This document shows positions 8,243-16,347 of a stretch of DNA of 19,336 bases, piece after piece. The notes beneath the pieces were generated by a model. The model saw only the letters and a program-made list of their open reading frames with translations. It made no database searches and was not told where the DNA came from. The stretch is taken from NCBI GenBank assembly GCA_003009755.1, contig PXUB01000039.1, forward strand, positions 1 to 19,336, in the 5' to 3' direction. Numbering within the stretch: the first letter of the stretch is position 1; each line of letters begins with the position of its first letter. This stretch comes from Thermoplasmatales archaeon SW_10_69_26. Lineage in GTDB: Archaea > Thermoplasmatota > SW-10-69-26. Both the position numbers and the translations under genes were made by a program.

Positions 8243-8270
8243 TACGGCGGCAGGCTTATACGGCGGAGGC
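8243..8270 (-). promoter_or_regulatory. putative TATA box (TATAAG on minus, 8255-8260) flanked by a tandem direct repeat
   Basis: tacggcggcaggc (8243-8255) and tacggcgg-aggc (8259-8270) around cttata, upstream of the operon. Confidence 0.45.
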
Positions 8271-8695
8271 AGGGGGACGCGGTGGTTCCCCGGAGGGATC
8301 CAGTTGACGACCTCGTTTCGATGACTCCGCCAGATGCTTCAAGTGGTCCCGCGAGAGAGCCATCGGTGCGAGGTGACACCGTGTACGAGTGGCTCCCCAC
8401 GTCGATCGTGATCGCCACCTTCCTCTTCGGCATCCTAGCCGAAGCCATCGAATCCGGGCGGCTCACCGCCTGGACGACCAAGGCCTAACCGATAGAGCCC
8501 TCGCCGGTGTCCCTTCCCTCACCCTTGCTCCCGCCAGCTCAGGCCAGAGCCCGGGCCGGGGACGTTGATCCCGGCATCGGTCGGATCGCGAGACCGGATC
8601 GGGCGTCGACGGCCTCGGGCGACCACCGTCGTTCGCCTGGGTGAGGGAAGACCTGCAGGAGGGGAGAGCCTCGAACCCGGATGGTCGACGGCGGG

Positions 8696-9144
8696 CTAGC
8701 GATGCTCGCGTTTCGTACGAGCGGTCCGAGGGAAGTGTGCCTTAGGCGTTTCCACTCATCGCAGGTCGGCTTGACGTGATGGGGGAGCCGACCTGCGATT
8801 TCGCACGGGCGCCCGGAACGCTGTGAGGGCGGGCGCCCGTGCTCACTGAGAACCGCCTCGGGCCAAGCGTCTCGAGGCGGACTAGCGATGCTCGCGTTTC
8901 GTACGAGCGCCCGCGGGAAGTGTGCCCTGAGCGTTTCCACTCATCGCAGGTCGGCTTGACGTGATGGGGCAGCCGACCTGCGATTTCGCACGGGCGCCCG
9001 GAACGCGGTGGGAGGGGGCGCCCGTGCTCACTGAGAACCGCCTCGGGCCAAGCGTGTCGAGGCGGTTCTCAGTCACGTACGTCCGGCCGCTGGCCGGACG
9101 TAGTGATCGACAGACGGCCGCCGTCGTGTGGCATGCCGTCTGTC
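8696..9144. repeat. hairpin array with a 186-bp tandem duplication (8696-8881 and 8882 to about 9065), each unit starting with CTAG
   Basis: Near-identical copies; back-to-back perfect stems of 14, 12, 16, 11 and 10 bp. Confidence 0.9.
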
Positions 9145-11266
9145 AATCCCGCACCAACCGGTAGTGGTCGCCGTTGTCGGGCGAGTACAGCGTGCCGCGC
9201 TGGTTCTTCAGCATCTTGATCGTGTCCTCGACCTGGTGCTCGGTGATGCCGCGCTCGGCGGCTTGGGCCACGATCACGTCGTAGGGCGCGCCGTCGGGGT
9301 TCTCCTCGCTGAGCTCCCGCACGATGTCCAGCAGGATGCGGATGCGCTCGCGCTGGCTGTGGCCGACACCGCTGGCGACCAGATCGATGTCCATGAGCCC
9401 GCTGCCGCCCCCGATCTTCCGCAACCAGTACTCGACGATGTCGATGGCTCGCTGGGCGTCCTCGAGCTCGGCCTCGTTCGACAGCCGGATGCGAGCCGAG
9501 GCCTCGGTCAACCGGACCAACGCCTCGAGCTGGCGAGGCGTCAACGGGATGCGGCCGCTGTCCTCGCCGCCTTCGCCGCGGATCTGGACGTAGTAGTCCT
9601 GCAGGTGCTCGCGCGCCTCCTCGGTGAGCACCGGGAAACACTCCCGGCGAGCGTAGGCGACGTACTTGCGCAGGAAGTCCTCGTCGACAGGCGGCTCGAC
9701 GACCTGGTTGGCCTCCTCCTGGTCGTCCTCGGTGAACAGGCCCTCCTCGTGCCGGTCACGGTACTCGCGGATCGCGCCGGCCCTGTGCACGCCCATGATG
9801 TGGTCCGCCAGCTCGCGGTCCTTCTCCTCCTCGGGGTCGTCGGTGAGCGTGAAGATCACGTCGAAGCGGCTCATCAGCGCCGGCTCCATCGTGATCTGCT
9901 CGGCCAGCGGCTGGTTCGGGTCGAAGCGGCCGAACTTCGGGTTGGCCGCGCCCAGGATCGCGCACCGGCTGCGCAGCTCCGCCTGGATGCCGGCCTTGGC
10001 GATCGAGACCGTCTGCTGCTCCATGGCCTCGTGCATCGACGACTGATCCTTGCGGTCCATCTTGTCGATCTCGTCGACCGCGCACAGGCCCTTGTCGGCG
10101 AGCACGAGCGCGCCCGCCTCCAGCGTCCATCGCCCATCGGCCAGATCGTCGCGCACGGCCGCCGCCGTCAACCCGGCCGCCGAGGACGATTTCCCGCTCG
10201 TGTACACCGAGCGGGGCGCGATCTTCTCGGCGAACCCGAGCAGCTGGGATTTCCCCACGCCCGGGTCACCGACGAGGAGCACGTGGATGTCCCCGCGGAT
10301 GCGGGACCCGTCCGGCATGCGCTTGGCGACGCCGCCGAACAGCTGCATCGCCAGCGCTTGCTTCTCCATCTCCATGCCGCGGATCGTGGGGGCCACGCTC
10401 TCCACGATCTTCTGGTAGAGGTCGGGATCGCGGGCGAACTCCATGATCTCCTCGACCTCGTCCTCGCCGATGTCCACCTCGTCGAACTCCTGCTCTTGAA
10501 CCTCGACGCTGTTGACCTCACTGTAGAGGTCGAAGAGGGTGGACGGTTGCCCGTTGATGCGGCGCTGGTCGCTGCGGAGCACCCCGTTGAGGATGATCCG
10601 ATCGCCGGGAGCGACGTCGCCCGCCAGATCCCCTTCGACGTAGGCTTCCAGCCGCTCGGGCTGCTCCCCGCCGCGCAGCCCCTCGGGAGCCTCTTGCAGC
10701 TCCAGACGCTGCGTGTCGACGTAGGTCGAGTCGCCCTCGTCGAACCGGAACTGGCTCTGCTTCTCGCACTGCTGGCAGCCTTGGGGCTCCTTGAACGTGA
10801 GATGGTCGTCCTGCTCGACGTGCTCGGTGTGGCCGCACCGCAGGCACTCGAAGGCGCCGACCTCGAGCTTTGGGCGGACCTCGCTGGCCTTCTTCACCAA
10901 CCCGCGGATCGCGACGAACCGACCCAGGTGTTCGGCCCGCAGCTGCCGGATCGGGACCAGCCAGTGCTCGGGCAGCTCGTAGACGCGCACCGTGATGTCC
11001 AACGGCTCGTCGACGGGCGTCTCCAGCCGCCGCACCGCTTCCTTGGCCGCCTCCAAGCTCTCGACGGGGTTCTCCAAGGTCGCGTCCGCCAGCTCGTCGT
11101 CGTGCTTGGCCAGCTGCCAGTACGGGACCAGCAAGGACGACTCCTCGGGGTAGGCCAACGCGACCTGATCGAGCTGGCTGCGCTGGTACGTTCGGAGGTA
11201 CTGTTCCCAGGAGCGACGGAGGGCTTCCTTCGTGAGGGTCGTGGAGACTTGGACAGGCGTGGCCAT
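9143..11266 (-). CDS. mcm: MCM replicative helicase (about 707 aa, no intein)
   Basis: C4 Zn finger CLRC/CQQC, GDPGVGKSQ, VDEIDKM, SRFD arginine finger, C-terminal winged-helix-like region. Confidence 0.97.
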   Translation of the reverse strand: MATPVQVSTTLTKEALRRSWEQYLRTYQRSQLDQVALAYPEESSLLVPYWQLAKHDDELADATLENPVESLEAAKEAVRRLETPVDEPLDITVRVYELPEHWLVPIRQLRAEHLGRFVAIRGLVKKASEVRPKLEVGAFECLRCGHTEHVEQDDHLTFKEPQGCQQCEKQSQFRFDEGDSTYVDTQRLELQEAPEGLRGGEQPERLEAYVEGDLAGDVAPGDRIILNGVLRSDQRRINGQPSTLFDLYSEVNSVEVQEQEFDEVDIGEDEVEEIMEFARDPDLYQKIVESVAPTIRGMEMEKQALAMQLFGGVAKRMPDGSRIRGDIHVLLVGDPGVGKSQLLGFAEKIAPRSVYTSGKSSSAAGLTAAAVRDDLADGRWTLEAGALVLADKGLCAVDEIDKMDRKDQSSMHEAMEQQTVSIAKAGIQAELRSRCAILGAANPKFGRFDPNQPLAEQITMEPALMSRFDVIFTLTDDPEEEKDRELADHIMGVHRAGAIREYRDRHEEGLFTEDDQEEANQVVEPPVDEDFLRKYVAYARRECFPVLTEEAREHLQDYYVQIRGEGGEDSGRIPLTPRQLEALVRLTEASARIRLSNEAELEDAQRAIDIVEYWLRKIGGGSGLMDIDLVASGVGHSQRERIRILLDIVRELSEENPDGAPYDVIVAQAAERGITEHQVEDTIKMLKNQRGTLYSPDNGDHYRLVRD

Positions 11267-11401
11267 GATCGTGCACCCCATCGCTTCCAGCGGGGACGGC
11301 CGCCATCCCGGGGCCCCTTCACCAGGTTTCTCCGGAAGCAGGGGAAAAACCACCCCGGGGGCACGCCCACCCCCCTGTTGCGAGTGGAGGGCCCAACCCT
11401 C

Positions 11402-12341
11402 TCACGCCCTATCCTGCTTCCCGCGAACGGTTCGACGGGTTTTCGGTTCTTCTGCGAGCCAGGGCAGATCCGCCCTGAGCAGGCGAAGAGGTCCCGTGCG
11501 ATGCGCCAACGTGGGGCGGTCGGTGATGAGGTCCATCAGCGAGGGATGGCTCGTGGCCCGAGCCAGCTGGCGTTGGCCGTTCACCGTCCAGACGACGATG
11601 GGTCGATCCAGCGAGAAAACGCGAGGCCGGCCTAACCGGAACAACCGGCGCTCGAGCACGAGCCTGTCCGGGTCGGCCTCCTCGACCCACCAGCGCAGCC
11701 GGCGCATGCGGCGGCGCGAGACCAGCAAGCGGTCGGCCCGGTAGGCCCAGGATCAGCCCGGTCGGGCTGGGGTTCCCGGCGTCGTCGGTGTCGCGGACGA
11801 GGTCACGGTGGACCCCGGTCACGACCGCGGCCGGGGTCTCTGCATCGTCCAGCGTCTCCAACACAGCGTCGGTCGCTTGCGGGGCCTCGATCTCGGGGTT
11901 CGCCGGTCCCCGCGAAGACGTCCTCGCCGACGGACCATCGACCCTCGCCAGCTCCTAGTCAAGCTAGACTGCCGGACGTGTTTTGCTTAAGCTCTCGCGC
12001 CGGTCTCGGCAGACCGGGCACGGTCTGCCGAGAGTACGGGCGCCAAGCCCGTGCGAATGAGCGAGGCAAGGTCGCGGAGCCCGAGGAAGGAAACCCCCTG
12101 TGGGTTTTCTCGGTCCCCGAGCTCGGACGAGGAGGTCTGCGAGACGGGGAGTCCGGCCAGCGTCCGGTCGCGGGGAAGAATCGGGATGCCATCGGCCGTC
12201 GAGCGAGGGTCGAGATCGACCGCGTCCGCCAGAGGCGAACGCGGCTTCGACGCTCTCGATCGTGTGCTCGTGGTCGACGACCGGGGCTAAACCGCGATGG
12301 GAGACGACCGGCGGCCGGGTGGCCGGCCACCCCTCCCCCAT
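11402..12341 (-). pseudogene. glycerophosphodiester phosphodiesterase (GDPD/GlpQ/UgpQ family) pseudogene, frameshifted and interrupted
   Basis: Fragments in different frames and correct order: VVSHRG..EHTIES, DAVDLDPRSTADGIPIL, EIEAP..AVVTG, VWTVN...LITDRP. Confidence 0.85.
11964..12109. mobile_element. one-ended copy of the CTAG MITE-like element inside the GDPD pseudogene
   Basis: Near-identical to 12826-12918 apart from an extra two-hairpin segment of about 50 bp. Confidence 0.8.
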
Positions 12342-12353
12342 CGGGTCGGCCGC

Positions 12354-12782
12354 CTACCCCTCGTCCTCGATCTCGACGAGCTCGACCTCGAACGTGAGCT
12401 CGCGACCGGCGAGGGGGTGGTTGCCGTCGAGCGTGACGGTCTCCTCCTCGATCTCCGCGACCGAGACGCGGGCGCGCTGTCCGTTGGGTTGCTGGACCTC
12501 GAGCTGCTCGCCGACCTCGATGTCGTCGGGGACCTGCTCGCGGTCGACCTCGATCATGCGCTCCTCGTCGCGCTCGCCGTAGGCACGGTCGGGCTCGACC
12601 GTGGCCGTCTCCGTGTCGCCGGGGTTCATGCCCTCGACGATGTCCGTGAAGCCCGGAATGACCTTGCCCTCGCCCAGCGTGAACTCCAACGGCTCGCGGT
12701 CCCGCGAACTGTCGAACTCGGATCCGTCGGGGAGCTTGCCTGTGTAGTGGACGCGGACCGTGTCGCCTTCGTTCGCCGACAT
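12354..12782 (-). CDS. slyD: FKBP-type peptidyl-prolyl isomerase (short SlyD type, no His-rich tail)
   Basis: VHYTGKL..G..FDSS, LG.G.VIPG, AYGE, LDGNHPLAG.L.F. Confidence 0.95.
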   Translation of the reverse strand: MSANEGDTVRVHYTGKLPDGSEFDSSRDREPLEFTLGEGKVIPGFTDIVEGMNPGDTETATVEPDRAYGERDEERMIEVDREQVPDDIEVGEQLEVQQPNGQRARVSVAEIEEETVTLDGNHPLAGRELTFEVELVEIEDEG

Positions 12783-12825
12783 ACCCTGCGCTAGAAGCTC
12801 TTCCCAAGTAAGGGCTTGCGTCCTG

Positions 12826-13155
12826 CTAGACTGCCGGACGTGTTTTGCTTAAGCTCTCGCGCCGGTCTGAGCGAGGTAAGGTCGCGGAGCCCGAGGAAGG
12901 AAACCCCTGTGGGTTTTCGACGGATGCTGGGTGGCCAGGAAATGTTCACCAAATCGAGGGGGAGCGGTCTCCGTGACCCCCCTCACGGCGGGGCCGCCCT
13001 CAGGCGGCGACGACGCAGGTTCCCCATGTCCGCGGGTTGTAAGCGTTGTCGCCGTCGACATCGAAGTAGCCTCCGGCTACTCCTTCGTCTCGGCTCCGCG
13101 CTTTCACCGCCTGAGGCCGAGCGAGAGCTGAACCCAAGCATCGCCGGCAGTCTAG
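12826..13155. mobile_element. MITE-like element, 322 bp between two CTAG sites, with long imperfect terminal inverted repeats
   Basis: CTAG-actgccgg...ccggcagt-CTAG; about 95 bp of end similarity; no credible ORF; right CTAG contains the stop codon of the next gene. Confidence 0.8.
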
Positions 13156-13976
13156 TCCTCGCGCAGTTGGCGGTACCTGCGCCGCGTCGCCCATCCGGCG
13201 GCCGCGATCGCGGCCACGAGCGCCCCGTAGGCGCCGGTCTGCACCGGCTCCCGCGAGCCGGCGCTGGCCTCCTCGATCGCGAACGAGGTCCGATCGCCGT
13301 CGGCGGGCGTGGTCACTGACAGGGGGACCGTGAGGCCGGTCGGGTGGTCGGTGTCGGTGTGGATCCGCCACTGCGGTTGGGTGGCGCGCTGGTCCCCGCG
13401 GTCGACCTGGTGGACGGACAAATCCACAGAGAGGCCGCTGCCGGCGCGCAGCAGCTCCTGGGTGACGTCGAACGTGAACCGGTAACGCGTGACGTCGTCC
13501 TCGGTCGGCGTGGACACGATGGTCGCCGTCAGGTTCTGCCTGGCGGTGGTGCGGTCGCCGACGTGGACCTGGGCCTCGATCGTCAACGACGGGGCGGCCC
13601 CGGAGCCGTCGTCGACGGGGGTGGCCGCGGGGCCGTCGTCGTCGGAGGGACCGGCCCCGGCGTAGACGTCGAGCACGATCGGCCGCGAGGGGTCCAGGTC
13701 CAGGTCACCGGCCGGCCCGAGGGACCCGTCCGGGTTCTCGAGCACGAGCTCGAAGGCGTGCTGGGTGCCGGCGGTGGACGAGCCCGGGACGAGGGGGGCA
13801 TGCGAGCGGTCCTCGGCGACCGGCGGCCCCGGCAGCAGACGGATCGGCTCGCTGCGGGCCTGCTGGAAGTCCTCGGGCCACTCCGGGTTCAGCCGCAGCG
13901 CGTCGCGGGTCTGGGCCGAGACGGTCCCCACCGCGGCGAACGTCACGGCCAGCGCGAGGGGGATGGACCACCGCAT
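13152..13976 (-). CDS. secreted, C-terminally anchored hypothetical protein (274 aa)
   Basis: Signal peptide MRWSIPLALAVTFAAVGTVSA; C-terminal TM segment followed by an Arg cluster. Confidence 0.8.
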   Translation of the reverse strand: MRWSIPLALAVTFAAVGTVSAQTRDALRLNPEWPEDFQQARSEPIRLLPGPPVAEDRSHAPLVPGSSTAGTQHAFELVLENPDGSLGPAGDLDLDPSRPIVLDVYAGAGPSDDDGPAATPVDDGSGAAPSLTIEAQVHVGDRTTARQNLTATIVSTPTEDDVTRYRFTFDVTQELLRAGSGLSVDLSVHQVDRGDQRATQPQWRIHTDTDHPTGLTVPLSVTTPADGDRTSFAIEEASAGSREPVQTGAYGALVAAIAAAGWATRRRYRQLRED

Positions 13977-14120
13977 CACTCCGGCGGTTCGCCGACGCGC
14001 TGAAAAGCCTTCCGGGCCAACCGACCATCGCGCCCACCGACCGCCGTCGGCGGGCCCGCCAGGCCCTCCCGAGGGGGGTCCAGCCCGTCGATTCTTAAAC
14101 GTCACGCACGTAGGGGGGCC

Positions 14121-15017
14121 GTGGATCTGGGTCTCGTCGCGATCGCGGGCTCGGCCCTGCTCGCCATCGCCCTGCTCGCCTGGGCGGTCGCCCGCGTGTC
14201 CCGTCGCGCGCGGGAGATGCACGGCGAAGCGATGGGTCTGCTCGACCACCTGCGCGAGCTCCGCTACCGTGCCCTGGCCTCCTTGGGGGCGATCACGGCC
14301 GCCAGCGTTGCCCTGTTCTCCTTCGACGTGCGCCGGGCGCGCTTGGCCGGGTACGAGGTGTGGGCACCGGTCCCGACCGTCATGGAGAGCCTGGCCTCGC
14401 GCGGGCTCGACTGGATCTTGACCCACGCGCTGCCCGACACGGTGGACGTGGTCGTGATCCAGCCCTCCGAGGCGATCATGGCTCAGTTCCAGGCCTCGCT
14501 CGTCGGCGCGCTCGCGATTGCGGCCCCGTTCGTCGCCTACCAGGTCGCCGCCTTCCTGGCCCCTGCCCTGCATCCGGAGGAGCGACGGGCGGTGGCTTGG
14601 ATCTTGCCGATCGCTCTGTTGTTGTTCCTGGCCGGCATGGCCTTCGCCCTCTGGCTGATGGTGCCGCTCACGCTGCAGACGCTGTACCAGTACGCCGAAC
14701 CGATCGGCGCCAACCCGCTGGCTCAGCCCCAGGAGATCGTGACCTTCGTCCTGTTCACGACGCTGTTGTTCGGGCTGGCGTTCGAGACCCCGCTCGTCAT
14801 GGCCGGCCTCTCCCGATCGGGTCTGGTCTCGCCGGACGCGATGGGGGCCCACTGGCGGGGCGTGGTCGTCGGCGTGCTCGTGCTCGCGGCCGTCGTGACG
14901 GACCCGAACCCGATCACGCAGCTGCTGGTCGGCGTGCCGCTGGTCGTGTTGTACTTCGCGGGCCTGGGCTTGGCCAAGCTCTTGTGGCGGGAACCGTCGA
15001 CGCCAGCCCCCCCCTGA
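14121..15017 (+). CDS. tatC: twin-arginine translocase subunit TatC
   Basis: LLDHLRELR.R, PSE, YQ..AFLAPALHPEE, FETP, TDPNPITQ; multiple TM helices. Confidence 0.93.
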   Translation: MDLGLVAIAGSALLAIALLAWAVARVSRRAREMHGEAMGLLDHLRELRYRALASLGAITAASVALFSFDVRRARLAGYEVWAPVPTVMESLASRGLDWILTHALPDTVDVVVIQPSEAIMAQFQASLVGALAIAAPFVAYQVAAFLAPALHPEERRAVAWILPIALLLFLAGMAFALWLMVPLTLQTLYQYAEPIGANPLAQPQEIVTFVLFTTLLFGLAFETPLVMAGLSRSGLVSPDAMGAHWRGVVVGVLVLAAVVTDPNPITQLLVGVPLVVLYFAGLGLAKLLWREPSTPAPP

Positions 15018-15068
15018 GGCGAGGGAGATACGGAAACCTTCTCAAGCGGCCACGGCCTCGGGCCAGCG

Positions 15069-16022
15069 ATGCGTCCCGCCGCCTCGAGCCTGCTGCTCGT
15101 CGTCGGCCTGTTCGCCACCGTCTGGGTCCCCACGACCGTCGGGGACCCCCAGTTGACGGTGACCGACAGCCCCGACGTCGTCGTCGCCAACGATCCCGAG
15201 ACGATGCGGGACGATCCCGACACCGAGCAACGGGAGTTCAACCCCGAGTACGTGTTCTCCGCGCAGGCTCGCGTGAGCAACGACGCCGAGCAGCGTGACG
15301 TGCAGGCCGAGGCGATCGTCTACCCAGCCCAGGACGTGGAGGAGGATTGCCCCCGCGATCGGCAGGCGTTCCCGGTCTCGTTCGTCTTCAAGCGGCTGAA
15401 CCTCTCGGCCGGCGAGCAGCGCGACTTCGGCGGATCGGCCGACGGGCAGGACGCCCAAGGCGACGAGTACTGGCCGATGGCGATCGCGAAGACGTACCGC
15501 AACGCTCGCACCGGCGACAACGTCTCGATCGAAGAGGGCGAGCACACGTTCTGCACCGCGATCCGCACCACCGGTGAGGATCCCGCCTGCGACCGGGATG
15601 CCAACCGGACCTGCGTGCTCGCGACGGCACCCTTCCAGAGTTACGTGCGCCGGGAGAACGCTGCCCCCGCCGTCACCTCGATGTCGGCCAACCCCGAGAA
15701 CCCGCGACCCGGACAGCGGACGCTGCTCGAGGCGGAGGCGATCGACAACTCCACCGACCCGCGGGAGGACACACTGACTTACGAGTGGAACCTCGAGGAA
15801 CGAACCGTCCAGGGCGCCAGCGTGCAGCACGAGTTCGGCACCGAAGGCGTCCACGAGGTCGAGGTCACCGTCTCCGACGGCTTCGACGAGGAGAGCCGGA
15901 CCCTGCAGGTCCCCGTAGGTGATGTCTCGCTGGACGAGGACCCCCAGACCAGTCCCGTGGCCGGGTGGTTGGCCTCGGCGGTGCTGATCGCGTTCGCGGC
16001 GCGGATCCGCTCCCGAGCCTGA
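15069..16022 (+). CDS. PKD-domain cell-surface protein with C-terminal membrane anchor
   Basis: Signal peptide; LTYEWNL...VQHEF..EG.H.V.VTVSDG; C-terminal TM segment and basic tail. Confidence 0.85.
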   Translation: MRPAASSLLLVVGLFATVWVPTTVGDPQLTVTDSPDVVVANDPETMRDDPDTEQREFNPEYVFSAQARVSNDAEQRDVQAEAIVYPAQDVEEDCPRDRQAFPVSFVFKRLNLSAGEQRDFGGSADGQDAQGDEYWPMAIAKTYRNARTGDNVSIEEGEHTFCTAIRTTGEDPACDRDANRTCVLATAPFQSYVRRENAAPAVTSMSANPENPRPGQRTLLEAEAIDNSTDPREDTLTYEWNLEERTVQGASVQHEFGTEGVHEVEVTVSDGFDEESRTLQVPVGDVSLDEDPQTSPVAGWLASAVLIAFAARIRSRA

Positions 16023-16025
16023 TCG

Positions 16026-16244
16026 TCAGTTCATCGAGGGCCCGGAGAGGTCCGGCTGCAGGCGATCGTCCTCCTCGGCGGCCAAAAGCTCGAAGAACTC
16101 GCGGTAGCCGTTCAGCTCCTCGGGCGGGATCCGGGACAGCTCCGGGAGTTGGCCGAGCTCTTCCTCGCAGAAGTCGAGGAACTTCTCCAACTGCCAATCG
16201 GCCAGATGGACCGTGGCCTTGACGTATTCGCGATCCTCCTCCAT
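16026..16244 (-). CDS. small acidic hypothetical protein (72 aa)
   Basis: Typical acidic composition; convergent with the PKD gene. Confidence 0.7.
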   Translation of the reverse strand: MEEDREYVKATVHLADWQLEKFLDFCEEELGQLPELSRIPPEELNGYREFFELLAAEEDDRLQPDLSGPSMN

Positions 16245-16347
16245 CGTGAGGCACCTTGCCCCGAGGCACGCCGGGGCAAGGATGGCCTACCCCGGCCCTG
16301 CTAATGAACGTTTCCGAAGGACCACGGGAGGTGTCAGGTGTCTTCGA

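Larger units (their letters stand above)
1..8300 (-). mobile_element. provirus or integrated rolling-circle element (partial; right boundary uncertain, about 8.3-8.7 kb)
   Basis: Rep + packaging-type ATPase + MTase + many small, translationally coupled ORFs on one strand; no integrase or capsid gene recognised in the window. Confidence 0.75.

Noticed and set aside
8745-8945. AGTGGAAAC (partial ORB-like motif) twice on the minus strand near mcm
   Set aside because: Lacks the TTCC half and G-string, occurs twice only because of the duplication, and there is no AT-rich unwinding element or cdc6
8696-9065. Possible CRISPR array
   Set aside because: Two 186-bp units with no short repeat and unique spacer periodicity, and no cas genes
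9143-11266. Intein in MCM, or a virus-encoded MCM
   Set aside because: Length and motifs are continuous, and the gene lies outside the compact element operon among host-type genes
11283-11345. ORB-like strings upstream of mcm (ttccagcggggac; ttccggagaaac on minus)
   Set aside because: Poor match or wrong spacing and no AT-rich region; not enough to call an origin
9128-11635. 835-aa plus-strand ORF and other long antisense or alternative-frame ORFs (e.g. 16594-18654, 5725-6804, 73-1221, 1888-3147)
   Set aside because: Shadow ORFs of motif-supported genes, expected in high-GC DNA; no recognisable domains
12195-12345. Hairpins and palindromes suggesting the repeat element extends further right
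   Set aside because: This stretch translates as the GDPD N-terminus, and similarity to the other copy stops at 12109
12826-13155. SRP RNA, RNase P RNA or group II intron remnant (similar size, ends pair)
   Set aside because: No SRP helix-8 motif, RNase P P4 consensus or convincing domain V found by eye; a partial copy sits inside a pseudogene
13977-14852. N-terminal extension of the 566-aa minus-strand ORF
   Set aside because: Antisense to tatC; the signal peptide marks the real start at 13976
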